This document shows, in pieces, positions 26,698-36,847 of a DNA stretch of 64,000 nucleotides. Each line of letters opens with the position of its first letter. Positions within the stretch are counted from its first letter, which is position 1. The DNA lies in IMG/VR virus record IMGVR_UViG_3300025669_000021, positions 1 through 64,000 of that record. One strand, written 5' to 3'. This DNA is from a virus. The notes under the pieces are model-generated. The model ran no database searches and was not told the DNA's origin. It saw only the letters and a list, made by a program, of their open reading frames with translations. A program made the position numbers and the translations under genes.

Positions 26698-27336
26698 ATG
26701 GCTAAATCAGACAACAATCTACCTGCTAATACCGATAGCAACTCCCAAGACTCCAACAACTCCAGTCTCACAGAAAAAAACACCCCTGCCTTCGACATCA
26801 ACCTGCTTGTTAAAAAGACTCATAAACCCCTTGCTACCAGATTAAAGAGGTATTTGACTCACGCCACGCCTCGCGTACGCGCCCGAACAGCACACTTCCT
26901 ATGGCTGACTGCACAGGGCATGACATTCAAGAAAGCGGCTGCAGAGGCCGAGATCGGTTGGGCACAGCTCCAGTCATTAAAGGCACATAATCCAGGCTTT
27001 TGGGAGATTTACGAGGTATCGCGCGAATGTATGAGGGCAGTGCAGCTTCATGAGATGGAAGACGCCTTGCATGAGAGAGGCACAGTGGGCTGGGAGGAGA
27101 AGATCTATCGCAATGGCGTCTTCGCCGGGGTAATCCGCAGATACTCGGACAAATGCCTAGAGCTCTCTCTAAAGGCTAACGATCCCAAGTACAAGGACAA
27201 GGCAGACATCAAGATCAATGTCGGAGCCAAGATCAGCTTCACCTCGATAGGCGTCGATCACTCCGCACAACAGACAATCAACGTCGAAGCCGAGGAAACT
27301 GGGTCAAATACGGGTCAAGATGATGAAGAAGAGTAA
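26698..27336 (+). CDS. Terminase small subunit (second, non-Nu1 type)
   Basis: HTH-like (MTFKKAAAEAEIG), EDALHERGTVGWEEKIY...IRRYSDKCLELSLKANDPKYKD. Confidence 0.7.
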   Translation: MAKSDNNLPANTDSNSQDSNNSSLTEKNTPAFDINLLVKKTHKPLATRLKRYLTHATPRVRARTAHFLWLTAQGMTFKKAAAEAEIGWAQLQSLKAHNPGFWEIYEVSRECMRAVQLHEMEDALHERGTVGWEEKIYRNGVFAGVIRRYSDKCLELSLKANDPKYKDKADIKINVGAKISFTSIGVDHSAQQTINVEAEETGSNTGQDDEEE

Positions 27337-28044
27337 AACACTAAGGAATAGCAGCACGGTGCATGGATTAGGAATCCGTGTACCATCATCTAAAGGAGAG
27401 ACAGGGGGAGAGCACGGCGAGATCAAAGGAGCCAGATTACTAGAGGCACTAAAACGAGCAGCGGCAAAAACAAAACACAATACGAAGGGGGGGGCGGGAC
27501 CATTCGCGCTTCGACCCCCACCCGCTAATAATATCTCCCCTTTACACGCGCGGTTTCCTGATAATTTATTTCCCAAGCTGGGGTACAGTATTTTTTCTAA
27601 GTTGACAGAAATTGGCACGGAAGATGAGGGGGATAGGAAGGATAAGGTTCGGATAGGCAAGGTTCCAAAAATTTCGATCAGAGAGTCTGTTGCGGCGCCG
27701 GGGTCAGAGTTTTGTGGAGAGAGTACCTTTGAGTCGGTAATGCGTCTGTCTGCAGAAAGAGAGGAGTCTGAAAAAATTCGACCAGCGGATAGTCTTGGGG
27801 GGGTGGGCCGCTTGAGGGACATTCTCTGTGATATGGAAGTACCGGCGTCTGATGCCTTGCAGGACGAATTATGTGCGCTTGAGCAGAAATTGGCTGATTC
27901 CGTGGACGGTTGCTGCCCGAAGTGCGGTTCTCAGTGGATGTACGATATTTTGCGGAAGAGTCCCTGCCCGTGCCGCGTGTGTTCTGATTGTAGCTACATG
28001 GAGCGATACGCCTTCTGGATGTACGGAGTTGATTTTCACAGCAA

Positions 28045-29934
28045 GTGGGTGGAGTATGTTCCCGAGAGCCCCGCGTTGGCCGGCATGGACTGGCGATAGG
28101 AGAACCTTGCGATTCGTGCGATATGCACTATTTCAATCCTGGGAACGTGAAGGAGCGTAGGGATATTTTCGGAAGGGGTATGTCTGCGGGGATGAGGGAT
28201 TTGTTGCCTGGGATGGGGCGCTTGGATAGTTACGAGCTATATCAGTCGGATATGCGGTCAAAGATGCAGTATGAGCCCGTGACGTACCCGAGCGCGGATC
28301 TGAGTGGAGTGATTCCTGAGAGTGATCGGACAATACTGTATCCTGGCCTTCCTGGGCACGATTGCGGGAAATTGTTCGGTATCAGTCAGACGTATGGGTA
28401 TATACCAACGAGTGAGCGGCATAGAGAAGAACTGTTGAAAAATGGGGGTTATGAGATGAAGTTGCATTTGAATGGTCACGAAGAAGCGCTAATGGCCTTT
28501 ATGAAATTGGAACCTACCGGCGAATTCCGCAACCCGAAGCGTGGGGAGCCGTTTTTCCATGAGAAGACTAGGCTTATCGTGTCATCCTTGGAGGATACTT
28601 ACATTCCTCGGTTCATTCTGAGGCGCGTGGAAGAGAAAGAGACATTCAACTGCTCAACCTGCGCGAATGCGGCCCTGGACCGGTATTACTGCATGACGAA
28701 GGAGATACCCTACGAGCGTGGCGCTACTTCCGAGTCGATGAATTGCAGGAAATACCGGCATTTTCGGACCAATGAGATGCAGTTCCCAGCGGAAGCGGAG
28801 CCCGTTCCTGATGTTGTGGAGATCACCTGCAGCGAATACAGCGTTCAGAATCGCGGAGAAAAGGTTTTGTTTTGCCATCCTACCCATAGGCAATATCTTC
28901 ACAAGGGGTTGTTAAGTTTCAGTGACGGCAGGAAGGATCGGTCTTGGGGCGAAGCTCGGACTTTAGATGTAATAGACGATGAAGATGAAGCTACCATGCG
29001 AAAAGTGTTAGAAAGCCTGGAGGGTGGCGTTGTCGTAAACGATCTCCGGACAGCGAAAGAGCCAGAGAAAGGTATGTGGGTTCCAGCGATCGGAGAGCGG
29101 TTCCGGATTATACCAGGAATAGGTACAGGAAACATCTATCGGCGTATTGAGCCTAAACACTGGGAAGAGGTTGAAGGTATGCTCCTGGCTTCCTGCGATG
29201 GAACTAAGGTAAACTTCTCTTTTGACCGTAGAGGGATGCTTGACCAGTTTGAGGAGGTTGTCGACGCTCCAGATGCCGGTGAGAAACTTGATTGCGGTCC
29301 CGGCAAAGATATATTCGTAGACAAGACTCCTGCGGCCTGTATTGGTGATGACGGCGTATTGCGCTGCCATAAACAATCCGAGGAGATCAAGCGACTGAGG
29401 GACGATAATCACCACCTTCTCACCAAGGGCCAGGAGCTACACGATAAGAACGTGATGCTGGATTCGAACAACAGGAAGATGTCCGAACTGTTGGCTATCC
29501 CAGTAGACACGACAGACTGCTTGAACTGCAGCCAGTCAAAGGAAGTGCGGCGGTTGGCTGACGAGAATGTAGCTCTGAAAAAGGTAATGGAAGATACTAG
29601 GCTCAAGTGTCTGGCCTGTGGTTTGTCCCATGGTTGCACTGTCAGTAGTCTCCAGAGAGAGTTGACCAAAGCTGTCGAAGAGGGCCGCAAGGACTACGAT
29701 GGTATGCGAGATATGCAGCGCAAGTTCATCAAGGCCGACCATGAACTACGGGAGTTGAAGGAGTCCCTAGCCGGTAATAGTGAAGATGATGTGTGCGGCC
29801 GTTATGGGTGCAAAGGGGTTATGGCTTACCCTTCTCCGCGTAATTGCACTTGTCATACTGGAAATGCTCCTTGCGGGGCGTGTACTGAGGTAGTGCTGAC
29901 GTGTTCTGAGTGCGGTTTTGAGGTTAATACATGA
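28045..29934 (+). CDS. Hypothetical mosaic Cys-rich/coiled-coil protein
   Basis: 629-aa ORF with several short Cys modules; start uncertain (possibly 28456). Confidence 0.55.
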   Translation: MGGVCSREPRVGRHGLAIGEPCDSCDMHYFNPGNVKERRDIFGRGMSAGMRDLLPGMGRLDSYELYQSDMRSKMQYEPVTYPSADLSGVIPESDRTILYPGLPGHDCGKLFGISQTYGYIPTSERHREELLKNGGYEMKLHLNGHEEALMAFMKLEPTGEFRNPKRGEPFFHEKTRLIVSSLEDTYIPRFILRRVEEKETFNCSTCANAALDRYYCMTKEIPYERGATSESMNCRKYRHFRTNEMQFPAEAEPVPDVVEITCSEYSVQNRGEKVLFCHPTHRQYLHKGLLSFSDGRKDRSWGEARTLDVIDDEDEATMRKVLESLEGGVVVNDLRTAKEPEKGMWVPAIGERFRIIPGIGTGNIYRRIEPKHWEEVEGMLLASCDGTKVNFSFDRRGMLDQFEEVVDAPDAGEKLDCGPGKDIFVDKTPAACIGDDGVLRCHKQSEEIKRLRDDNHHLLTKGQELHDKNVMLDSNNRKMSELLAIPVDTTDCLNCSQSKEVRRLADENVALKKVMEDTRLKCLACGLSHGCTVSSLQRELTKAVEEGRKDYDGMRDMQRKFIKADHELRELKESLAGNSEDDVCGRYGCKGVMAYPSPRNCTCHTGNAPCGACTEVVLTCSECGFEVNT

Positions 29935-30541
29935 GGCGAAAACACCAGTTTAACGGGGCGTGGCCTATCGGGCACTGCCTCCATTGTCACCAAGTCACGG
30001 GACTGGATACGTGGCAGATCAAGGAGATGCACCCTTCTATGGCCGAGTGTCATGCTTCTACAGCCCCCAGGATGGGTTTCTGGGAGTATCTAACTGCCCG
30101 GGTGAACTGTCTATCGCAATATGCTGGAGAAGAACCTGACAATACAACTGAGAGTGCTCCTGTGTGCGCTCCGTGGGTGAGAGATGGGTTTTTATGCTAG
30201 AATGTAACCTATGCGGTGACAACTACGATGAAGACATTGAGCCCGGGAGCAAGCTTGAGGGTGTCCAGATGAATGATGTAGGAGATATATCGACGGTGGA
30301 TGCCCACCTATGCCGAATTTGTACCGGACTGATTGTCTGCCAGATGGTATCAACGCCCAGTGACGGAAAGGTTATACTGTAATGCCGGCGATTCCGCGAA
30401 CAATTCAGGATGTCGACAAGGATATCAAGAATCGCAGTGACCGGCTTGAACGATGCCGGCACGGGGATCAAGCGAATGGTCTACGTAAAGAGATCGACCG
30501 TTTTCTTGATGAAAGGTTAGAATTGATGAGGAGGAACACTG

Positions 30542-30886
30542 ATGTCGTTGCCGCCAGATGATAATGAATATACCAAGCACGTTCCTAACAACAGCGACAA
30601 GGGCCAGAAGTATCTATCTCTTATGATCAAGATTCAGGCTTTCTTACATGAGAATGGCTGTGACGCCAATAATGCCCTAGACATCTTCGCTACGCTGTTC
30701 GCCAATGTGGGATGCAAGCATAATGCCGACAAAGAACGGTTGAAGGCTGTAATGCTCGACACCATTGATGGGGTCTACAAGACCCAGGGGAGGATAAGAC
30801 CGCAATCCAATGCTGACGTTATCCCTCAAACTCTCGAGGACATTATGAATTCAGACACCTATCTAGGGGAAACATCAGATGGATAG
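30542..30886 (+). CDS. Hypothetical protein
   Basis: RBS GAGGAGG. Confidence 0.6.
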   Translation: MSLPPDDNEYTKHVPNNSDKGQKYLSLMIKIQAFLHENGCDANNALDIFATLFANVGCKHNADKERLKAVMLDTIDGVYKTQGRIRPQSNADVIPQTLEDIMNSDTYLGETSDG

Positions 30887-31196
30887 TAAACTACTCACCA
30901 CCATCATCTACGGCAAGATGACAACAGTACCAGGGCTTAACCCCATGCTCTCACTTGTGATGGACTCCTTTGAGCATATCGACAAGCTGGGGTGCAAACT
31001 ACGGGCCCCAGGCGGCGAAACACTGGTATGCGACAATGAGATCATCCTACATGGTCTTGAGAAGGTGCCGCATAATGACTATAATCGTATTGCCGATATC
31101 GTCTGGACGCAAATATCGATGAGAATAGATATCACCAAGATCAAGGTCTTTGGCGGTTGTGTTGTGGAAGATAAGTTCATATTTGGAGTGCTATGA
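30879..31196 (+). CDS. Hypothetical protein
   Basis: Overlapping operon context. Confidence 0.6.
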   Translation: MDSKLLTTIIYGKMTTVPGLNPMLSLVMDSFEHIDKLGCKLRAPGGETLVCDNEIILHGLEKVPHNDYNRIADIVWTQISMRIDITKIKVFGGCVVEDKFIFGVL

Positions 31197-31413
31197 GTGT
31201 ACGTTGCCCAAAGAAGAAGTGTCAGACGCCAAGAGAATATCTTCACCATAAGTTTTGCCCGTGGTGTGGAACACCGTATGAGGATACGTTCTTGAAGCAT
31301 GGCGGCTTTCACTGGTTAAGGCGTAGATTGTCATGGCGTAGACGCGCATTAGGGCTCCATGCCAGACTTGAACAGTACGAAATAGAGATTCGCCGTTTGA
31401 AAAAGGGATAATT

Positions 31414-31998
31414 ATGCTGATATTCGAGATGTCGACAATGGAACCGGGATTAGTAATCTCTGTTCGTTCATTTGGTGTTGGTGGTAGGACCATACGCGGG
31501 ACACTTGGCTCTTTCACCAACCATAACGCTTTGTCAGTATTCGACCACCCTTCCGAGCGGTTCAAGATCGCGGAAGCTGTTATGCCAGTGTCTAAGCTGA
31601 CCGAGCTTGCCGAGTACGAGCACAAGATGAATCTCCCCAAGACCCATAGGGATTACATCATCGTCCGGATCTGGCGCGTGAAGGGATTGACCACTGCAGA
31701 GAAGTTTGCCATCTCCGAGTATGCTCGGTGCAAGCTGATGGGGATACCGTACCCGATCAACAGCGTATTGCGAATGTGGGTGTTTAGGTTCGTGAATTCC
31801 CTCCCCTGGGAGATTGAGGGGAAATGGTGTTCCCAGTTGGACGCTGACGCAATCCAGCACGTTAAGCCCAACGCTCTTCTGGATCCCAGGGGAAAGATCA
31901 AGAAGAACTTCACTCCCCGGACTTTTGAGAACAGGCTAGTGTCTGGAGCGATCGAGGACGCAACGGACGAAATCATAGTAAATGTGGACCGAATATAG
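31414..31998 (+). CDS. Permuted papain-like (YiiX/NlpC-P60-like) enzyme
   Basis: His before Cys order: TNHNAL...IAEA...PY...WCSQL...TP. Confidence 0.55.
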   Translation: MLIFEMSTMEPGLVISVRSFGVGGRTIRGTLGSFTNHNALSVFDHPSERFKIAEAVMPVSKLTELAEYEHKMNLPKTHRDYIIVRIWRVKGLTTAEKFAISEYARCKLMGIPYPINSVLRMWVFRFVNSLPWEIEGKWCSQLDADAIQHVKPNALLDPRGKIKKNFTPRTFENRLVSGAIEDATDEIIVNVDRI

Positions 31999-32292
31999 GA
32001 GAAACCAGATGCCATACGAGACGATCAGCAAGCCAAAGAAAAAGAAGAAGCCGGCGCCGAGGATGAATGTCCGGGCGGTCGGGAATGTTGGAGACGGAAG
32101 CCCGGGCGGTATGGAGATAGACCCGCGATCAGGGGTATCTGGCAACTCCAAGAGCCGAAATCTGTATCCTGGGGCCCAAGGGACCGACTTCTGCATGAGG
32201 AAGAATCCGGACAAGAAAAGGAAGTTTAAAGGCTGTGCCCATCCCCGCAGATGCAAGAAGTGTCTAAACTACAGCGAATTTGAGGAGAAGAA

Positions 32293-32670
32293 GTGAAGAA
32301 ACCTATGATAGTAGAGCTAGGACTTCATTCTGTAGAGGTTAACTTCGAAGAACGGTCTGGCGGTAACTTCTCTTTTCCTGACGGTGAACGACCAACTGTA
32401 TCTATCGGGTTTGGTGAGGAATTGTGGGCAGATGTATTGGATACGGCAATCCATGAATTCATGGAGTTTATGTTAGTTGCCCGTGGCCTGAGATTCAAAA
32501 GCTCTGGGGAGAGGTCAAGAACGTCAGATTCAACAGTAATGTTTATGACTCACGCTCAATTCACTTCTTCCCTCCAAGAAGCAACAGCGGCGTGGTGTGT
32601 GGTAGACACAGAGGCATACAAACAGTGGAAGGCTTACAAGGCCAAACTGAAACGGAGAAAGAAGAAATGA
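32293..32670 (+). CDS. Hypothetical protein, zincin-like
   Basis: DTAIHEFME. Confidence 0.5.
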   Translation: MKKPMIVELGLHSVEVNFEERSGGNFSFPDGERPTVSIGFGEELWADVLDTAIHEFMEFMLVARGLRFKSSGERSRTSDSTVMFMTHAQFTSSLQEATAAWCVVDTEAYKQWKAYKAKLKRRKKK

Positions 32671-33311
32671 AGCGAATACCACTAGCACTATTGGCCCTGA
32701 TACTCTTGTCAGGCTGCGCGTACATCCCTAAGAGCAAGTGGCGTGACGCCAGGAAGGCTAAGGAGAGCCTAAAGAACATCATCCCTAGCCAGGAGTCGTT
32801 CTACGATATCTTTGGAAGACCCCGTAAGGACGATAACACCGGATCCACCGAAGAACTGCCTTTCGAGTGGTCAAATGTGGACTGGATATCCTCCGGAAGC
32901 GAGAATGTTGGAGACTGGCCGGTAACTATCGGTATCTCGGTAGGATCGATCAGCCAAGGAGATAGCGTTTCCTGGGGCTATATGACGTCTGAGGGCCACG
33001 ATCGGATCAAGGCGTACCCAAAGACGCAAGCTATCCATAACAACCCCAATGCGTGTATTGGATGGGTAACAGAGATAGATGGTCAATGGTACGGTGGGAT
33101 AGGTGAATGGCTACTCGCCGGCCAGACTGTCCAATCAAAGAAGCTATTCAAGTCCGACCGCGGCAACAAGCGAGTATTTCAATCCCCCCTCAAAGACTTC
33201 GAACCCAAGGAAGGACAGGTCTTCTATCTGTTCGTCTGTGGATTGAATTGGAACAACCAGCGCAATGTGAAGGAGCGCAGTACGCTCCTGGCGATGGTAT
33301 ATCACGAATAG
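32667..33311 (+). CDS. Predicted lipoprotein
   Basis: MKRIPLALLALILLSGC lipobox. Confidence 0.75.
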   Translation: MKRIPLALLALILLSGCAYIPKSKWRDARKAKESLKNIIPSQESFYDIFGRPRKDDNTGSTEELPFEWSNVDWISSGSENVGDWPVTIGISVGSISQGDSVSWGYMTSEGHDRIKAYPKTQAIHNNPNACIGWVTEIDGQWYGGIGEWLLAGQTVQSKKLFKSDRGNKRVFQSPLKDFEPKEGQVFYLFVCGLNWNNQRNVKERSTLLAMVYHE

Positions 33312-33958
33312 GGAGGCATCATGGTTCAGCGTAGACGCAGAGGTAATATAGTGCAGAAGGTCTTGGGAGCAACCGTAGCGCCATTGGCTAGGCGTAAAGT
33401 ACGTGGAGAAAGCGTCTACGACGCCAAAGCCATAGTATCCAAGAAGAAAGCCGGCGCAGCTAAGAAAGACGCTGCAGCCAAAAAGAAGGTTTCCAAGAAG
33501 AAGCCTGGGCAGTCAGTTGGATCAGTTTTGGTCAGAGGAAGAAAGCTTCGCAGCTAATAGGCAACAATCTGGCCGCTGGTGGGCAAAGGCGAATATGTTC
33601 AAGGAGCACAGACAATTCAAGGATCAACCGGAAGCGCGGGGCGTAATGCCCATTCGTGGACGGCTATCTTGGCATAAATGCGTTGTTCTTGAAGATAATA
33701 CCTGCCCCTGGCGGTCATCTGTTTAGAGGAGAACGATGAAGACGTATGATGTTCATGTGAGTTATGTGGTAAAGAAGCGTGTCGGCGGTAGGAATATCAA
33801 CTCAAGTGGTGGCACTCAGATGAATATACGAGCAGCCAGCGAGGAAGGTATTGTCTTAGGTGTAGTCAAGAAGCTGCAGAAGTTCCACAAGGGAGTGGTG
33901 ACTGAGTTTACAATAATCACGGTTAAATAGAGGCCAATAGGCCAGAAAGGTAGCAAGC

Positions 33959-34273
33959 ATGAAGGTACTGACAGAGGGCCACAAATACATCATGGATAAC
34001 TTTGAGCATGACGATACTCAGCACGTCATCCAGTTCATCGAAAAGGTTCCTGTAGAAGGGTCAGCGGGTGGAGTCTTAGAGACGGTCCACAACGGAACGA
34101 CCAACGAAGAGGTACTGCGCGTCTTGATCGACAGGATGCAATACCTACAGGGCAAATTCCCGTGCAGGGAGAATGCCATCGTGATCACCAACCTTGAAGA
34201 GTCGCTAATGTGGCTTGAAAAGAGAACAGCAGACCGTCAGGCCCGAGGCGTAGAGGGCAAGCAGATCAAGTAA
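33959..34273 (+). CDS. Tad1-like cyclic-nucleotide sponge (anti-Thoeris/CBASS)
   Basis: IQF...NGTTNEEVL..LIDRM..LQGKFPCRENAIVITNLEESLMWLEKRTADRQARGVEG matches the recalled Tad1 pattern. Confidence 0.8.
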   Translation: MKVLTEGHKYIMDNFEHDDTQHVIQFIEKVPVEGSAGGVLETVHNGTTNEEVLRVLIDRMQYLQGKFPCRENAIVITNLEESLMWLEKRTADRQARGVEGKQIK

Positions 34274-34366
34274 ACATGGGAATCATACTGCCAATAGTAG
34301 TTATATCGATTGTGTTTCTTGTTATGATAGGTATTGCTGGATGGATATATTATAGGGGGATTGAGA

Positions 34367-34777
34367 ATGGCTAAGAAGAAAACCAACATCATCATACCGA
34401 TCAAGAAGAAGACCTTGAAGGTGCTGCTACGAGAGACGCAAGAGCAGTATGTGGCCTCTGAGAAGAGAAACATTGCGGCGATCGAGTATATTCAGATCAT
34501 GGAGAAGGTATTCAAGGAGATACTGTACTTCTCGGCAGAGCACCATGAGAAGCTGAATCTTGTTATCTCCCCGGGAACCGAAGAGGCTATCCTGATACTC
34601 GCAAAGGTATGTGCCCACGTAGTCCCGTTCTGCAGTGATGTAGATGAGATCAAGCTACCACCGGAGGCCGTGGCCGAATTGTATCAGCAGGGGGCAAGGA
34701 TGGTAGAACAGCCAGAGGAAGATCCAGATAAACCAGAAACACCAGAGGAGGAAAAAGATGTCGAAGCAGAAGACTGA
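34367..34777 (+). CDS. Hypothetical protein
   Basis: Operon context. Confidence 0.6.
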   Translation: MAKKKTNIIIPIKKKTLKVLLRETQEQYVASEKRNIAAIEYIQIMEKVFKEILYFSAEHHEKLNLVISPGTEEAILILAKVCAHVVPFCSDVDEIKLPPEAVAELYQQGARMVEQPEEDPDKPETPEEEKDVEAED

Positions 34778-35006
34778 GAGTTTGGTTCATGTAGCCAAGG
34801 ACGATAAGACCGGCCAGTATCGGATAGTTGACGATCTCACGGGGGAAGTCTCTTTTGCCATGAAGAAGGATGGCACTATGAGCGAGAAGCCCCGGGACGG
34901 CGGCGGTCACGACCACCTGGACAAGGTGTCTCGTCAGGTCGAGAAGCATATCAACCCCTCGATCGTGACGGCCAACAAGCGAAAAGAACAGGAAAACGCA
35001 GTATAG
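34758..35006 (+). CDS. Hypothetical protein
   Basis: RBS GGAGGAGG. Confidence 0.6.
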   Translation: MSKQKTESLVHVAKDDKTGQYRIVDDLTGEVSFAMKKDGTMSEKPRDGGGHDHLDKVSRQVEKHINPSIVTANKRKEQENAV

Positions 35007-35015
35007 AGCAACATT

Positions 35016-36581
35016 ATGGCTAAAGACTTCGAATTTGATGACGATGAAGACAGGGAAATCGTCTATGTGGCAGAGCAAACTGCTACTGAATTCCATGCTG
35101 ATAATAGCTTTATCAGGGGAATAAAGGGGCCTATTGGCTCTGGGAAGTCTGTAATGTGCGTGTGGGAACTGTTCTGCAGGGCCCAAGAGCAAAAGGCGGT
35201 CAGGGGGAAACGTAGGACCAAGTGGGCCATAATCAGGAACACTTATCCGGAACTGCAGGATACAACCCTGAATACATTCCTGGAATGGATACCCGAGGGG
35301 GAGTTCGAAGGATACTCCCTCCGGGTAAACAGGACTGCCCCGATCCATGCCTATCTCAAGATGAACCTTCCTGACGGAACGGAAGTTCAAGCGGAATTCA
35401 TCTTCCTTGCGCTAGACAATGATGATGATGTCAAGAAGCTCAAATCACTGGATTTGACCGGCGCCTGGATCAATGAGGCTTGTGAAATCATATGGAATAT
35501 CTTCACGATGGCAAGGGGCCGCACCCGTCGATTCCCCTCCAAGAGGGATGGTGGGTACACCTGGGCCGGTGTCATCATGGACACCAACCCGCCAGATACA
35601 GAGCATTGGTGGCATAACCTTGCAGAGGTCGAAAGGCCGCTAAATCACCGATTCTGGTCACAGCCGCCAGCCATTCTTCCCATGCCAAAGAAAAAGAAGA
35701 GCGATCCAACCATCTATATGCCCAACAGGGGGCAGGATCCCCGGTACTCCGCGGCAGAGAATGTAAACAACCAAAACGCTGGATTTAGCTACTGGCTAGA
35801 TCTTACGGCCGGTGTAGGGGAAGACTGGATAAATGTGTTTCTTCTTGGATTCTACGGATCGACCATGGACGGAAAGCCGGTATATTCAGAGTATAAGGAT
35901 GATGTCCACTGCTCTGCAGAGGTATTAGAGCCTTTCAGGGGTCTACCCCTCGTCTTGGGCTTTGACTTCGGCCTTACGCCATGTGTTGCCATCATGCAGC
36001 TATCCCCGAAGGGTGTCCTACGTGTAATCGATGAGATATGCTCCGGTCACGGTGATTTCGATGATATGGGGATACGCCAGTTTGCTACATCTGCAGTAAA
36101 ACCCCATCTTAACAATGTCTACGGGGGAATGGTGATCAAGAGCGTTGGAGATCCTGCCGGTAACTCCCGGGCCCAGGCAAACGACGAATTGACCTGTCTG
36201 CTAGAGCTACAGGCTGCAGGAATACCAACAGAAATGGCCCTAACCAACAACTTCCTTACTCGGCGCGAGGCGGTTGCCGGCTTCCTAAACCGTATGGTAG
36301 ACGGAAAAGCAGGGTTTCAGCTATCCCCGAATTGCAAGGTTCTCAGGAAGGGATTCACGCAAAAGTACAAATATCGAAGGATTAGGACGTCTTTGGGGGA
36401 GAAATTCACCACTGAGCCTGATAAGTTGCATCCGTGGTCGGACGTCCATGACGGCCTACAGTACGGAGCAATGTATCTCAGCGGCGGCGGCATTGCCGGT
36501 TCCAGCACCCCGGCGCTACCATCAAGCGGTTCCCAGACAAGACGAAATGTCAAAGTCATTAGCTCTAAAGGCTGGTCGTAA
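35016..36581 (+). CDS. Terminase large subunit (second, non-GpA type)
   Basis: GPIGSGKS, IIRNTYPEL, LTGAWINEA, MDTNPP, GFDFGLTP, GDPAG, SDVHDGLQY; directly upstream of portal. Confidence 0.93.
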   Translation: MAKDFEFDDDEDREIVYVAEQTATEFHADNSFIRGIKGPIGSGKSVMCVWELFCRAQEQKAVRGKRRTKWAIIRNTYPELQDTTLNTFLEWIPEGEFEGYSLRVNRTAPIHAYLKMNLPDGTEVQAEFIFLALDNDDDVKKLKSLDLTGAWINEACEIIWNIFTMARGRTRRFPSKRDGGYTWAGVIMDTNPPDTEHWWHNLAEVERPLNHRFWSQPPAILPMPKKKKSDPTIYMPNRGQDPRYSAAENVNNQNAGFSYWLDLTAGVGEDWINVFLLGFYGSTMDGKPVYSEYKDDVHCSAEVLEPFRGLPLVLGFDFGLTPCVAIMQLSPKGVLRVIDEICSGHGDFDDMGIRQFATSAVKPHLNNVYGGMVIKSVGDPAGNSRAQANDELTCLLELQAAGIPTEMALTNNFLTRREAVAGFLNRMVDGKAGFQLSPNCKVLRKGFTQKYKYRRIRTSLGEKFTTEPDKLHPWSDVHDGLQYGAMYLSGGGIAGSSTPALPSSGSQTRRNVKVISSKGWS

Positions 36582-36654
36582 GTACATTCCTTGTACGTCG
36601 ATGTACGCTCAGTGTACAAATAAGCTTGCAATTTAGGCGTTTTCGTGCTATGTC
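36582..36654 (+). promoter_or_regulatory. Putative late promoter with four helically phased GTAC sites
   Basis: GTAC at 36582, 36593, 36603, 36614; TTGCAA (36626), 17 bp, TATGTC (36649) with extended -10 TG. Confidence 0.55.
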
Positions 36655-36785
36655 TATTCCATTGAATGAGAGAAAGAAACTTTAGGCGGGACTTCTAATG
36701 CGTAAATATTTCTATGTAACCATTTGCTACTGAGCAAGATATGACGAGGGCTGCTAGGTCTGATCCCCTGGTAGCGATTGACTTC

Positions 36786-36826
36786 AAAGAGGCCGTACAG
36801 GGCTGTACCCCTGTGCGGCCTCTTTT
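36786..36826 (+). terminator. Strong intrinsic terminator just upstream of portal gene
   Basis: AAAGAGGCCGTACAGGG-CTGTAC-CCCTGTGCGGCCTCTTTT. Confidence 0.8.
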
Positions 36827-36847
36827 CTTGTCGGGATACAACAGCTT

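Noticed and set aside
27320-27830. N-terminal part of ORF 27320-28099 and antisense ORF 27304-27822
   Set aside because: No RBS, low-complexity G/C tracts; probably non-coding
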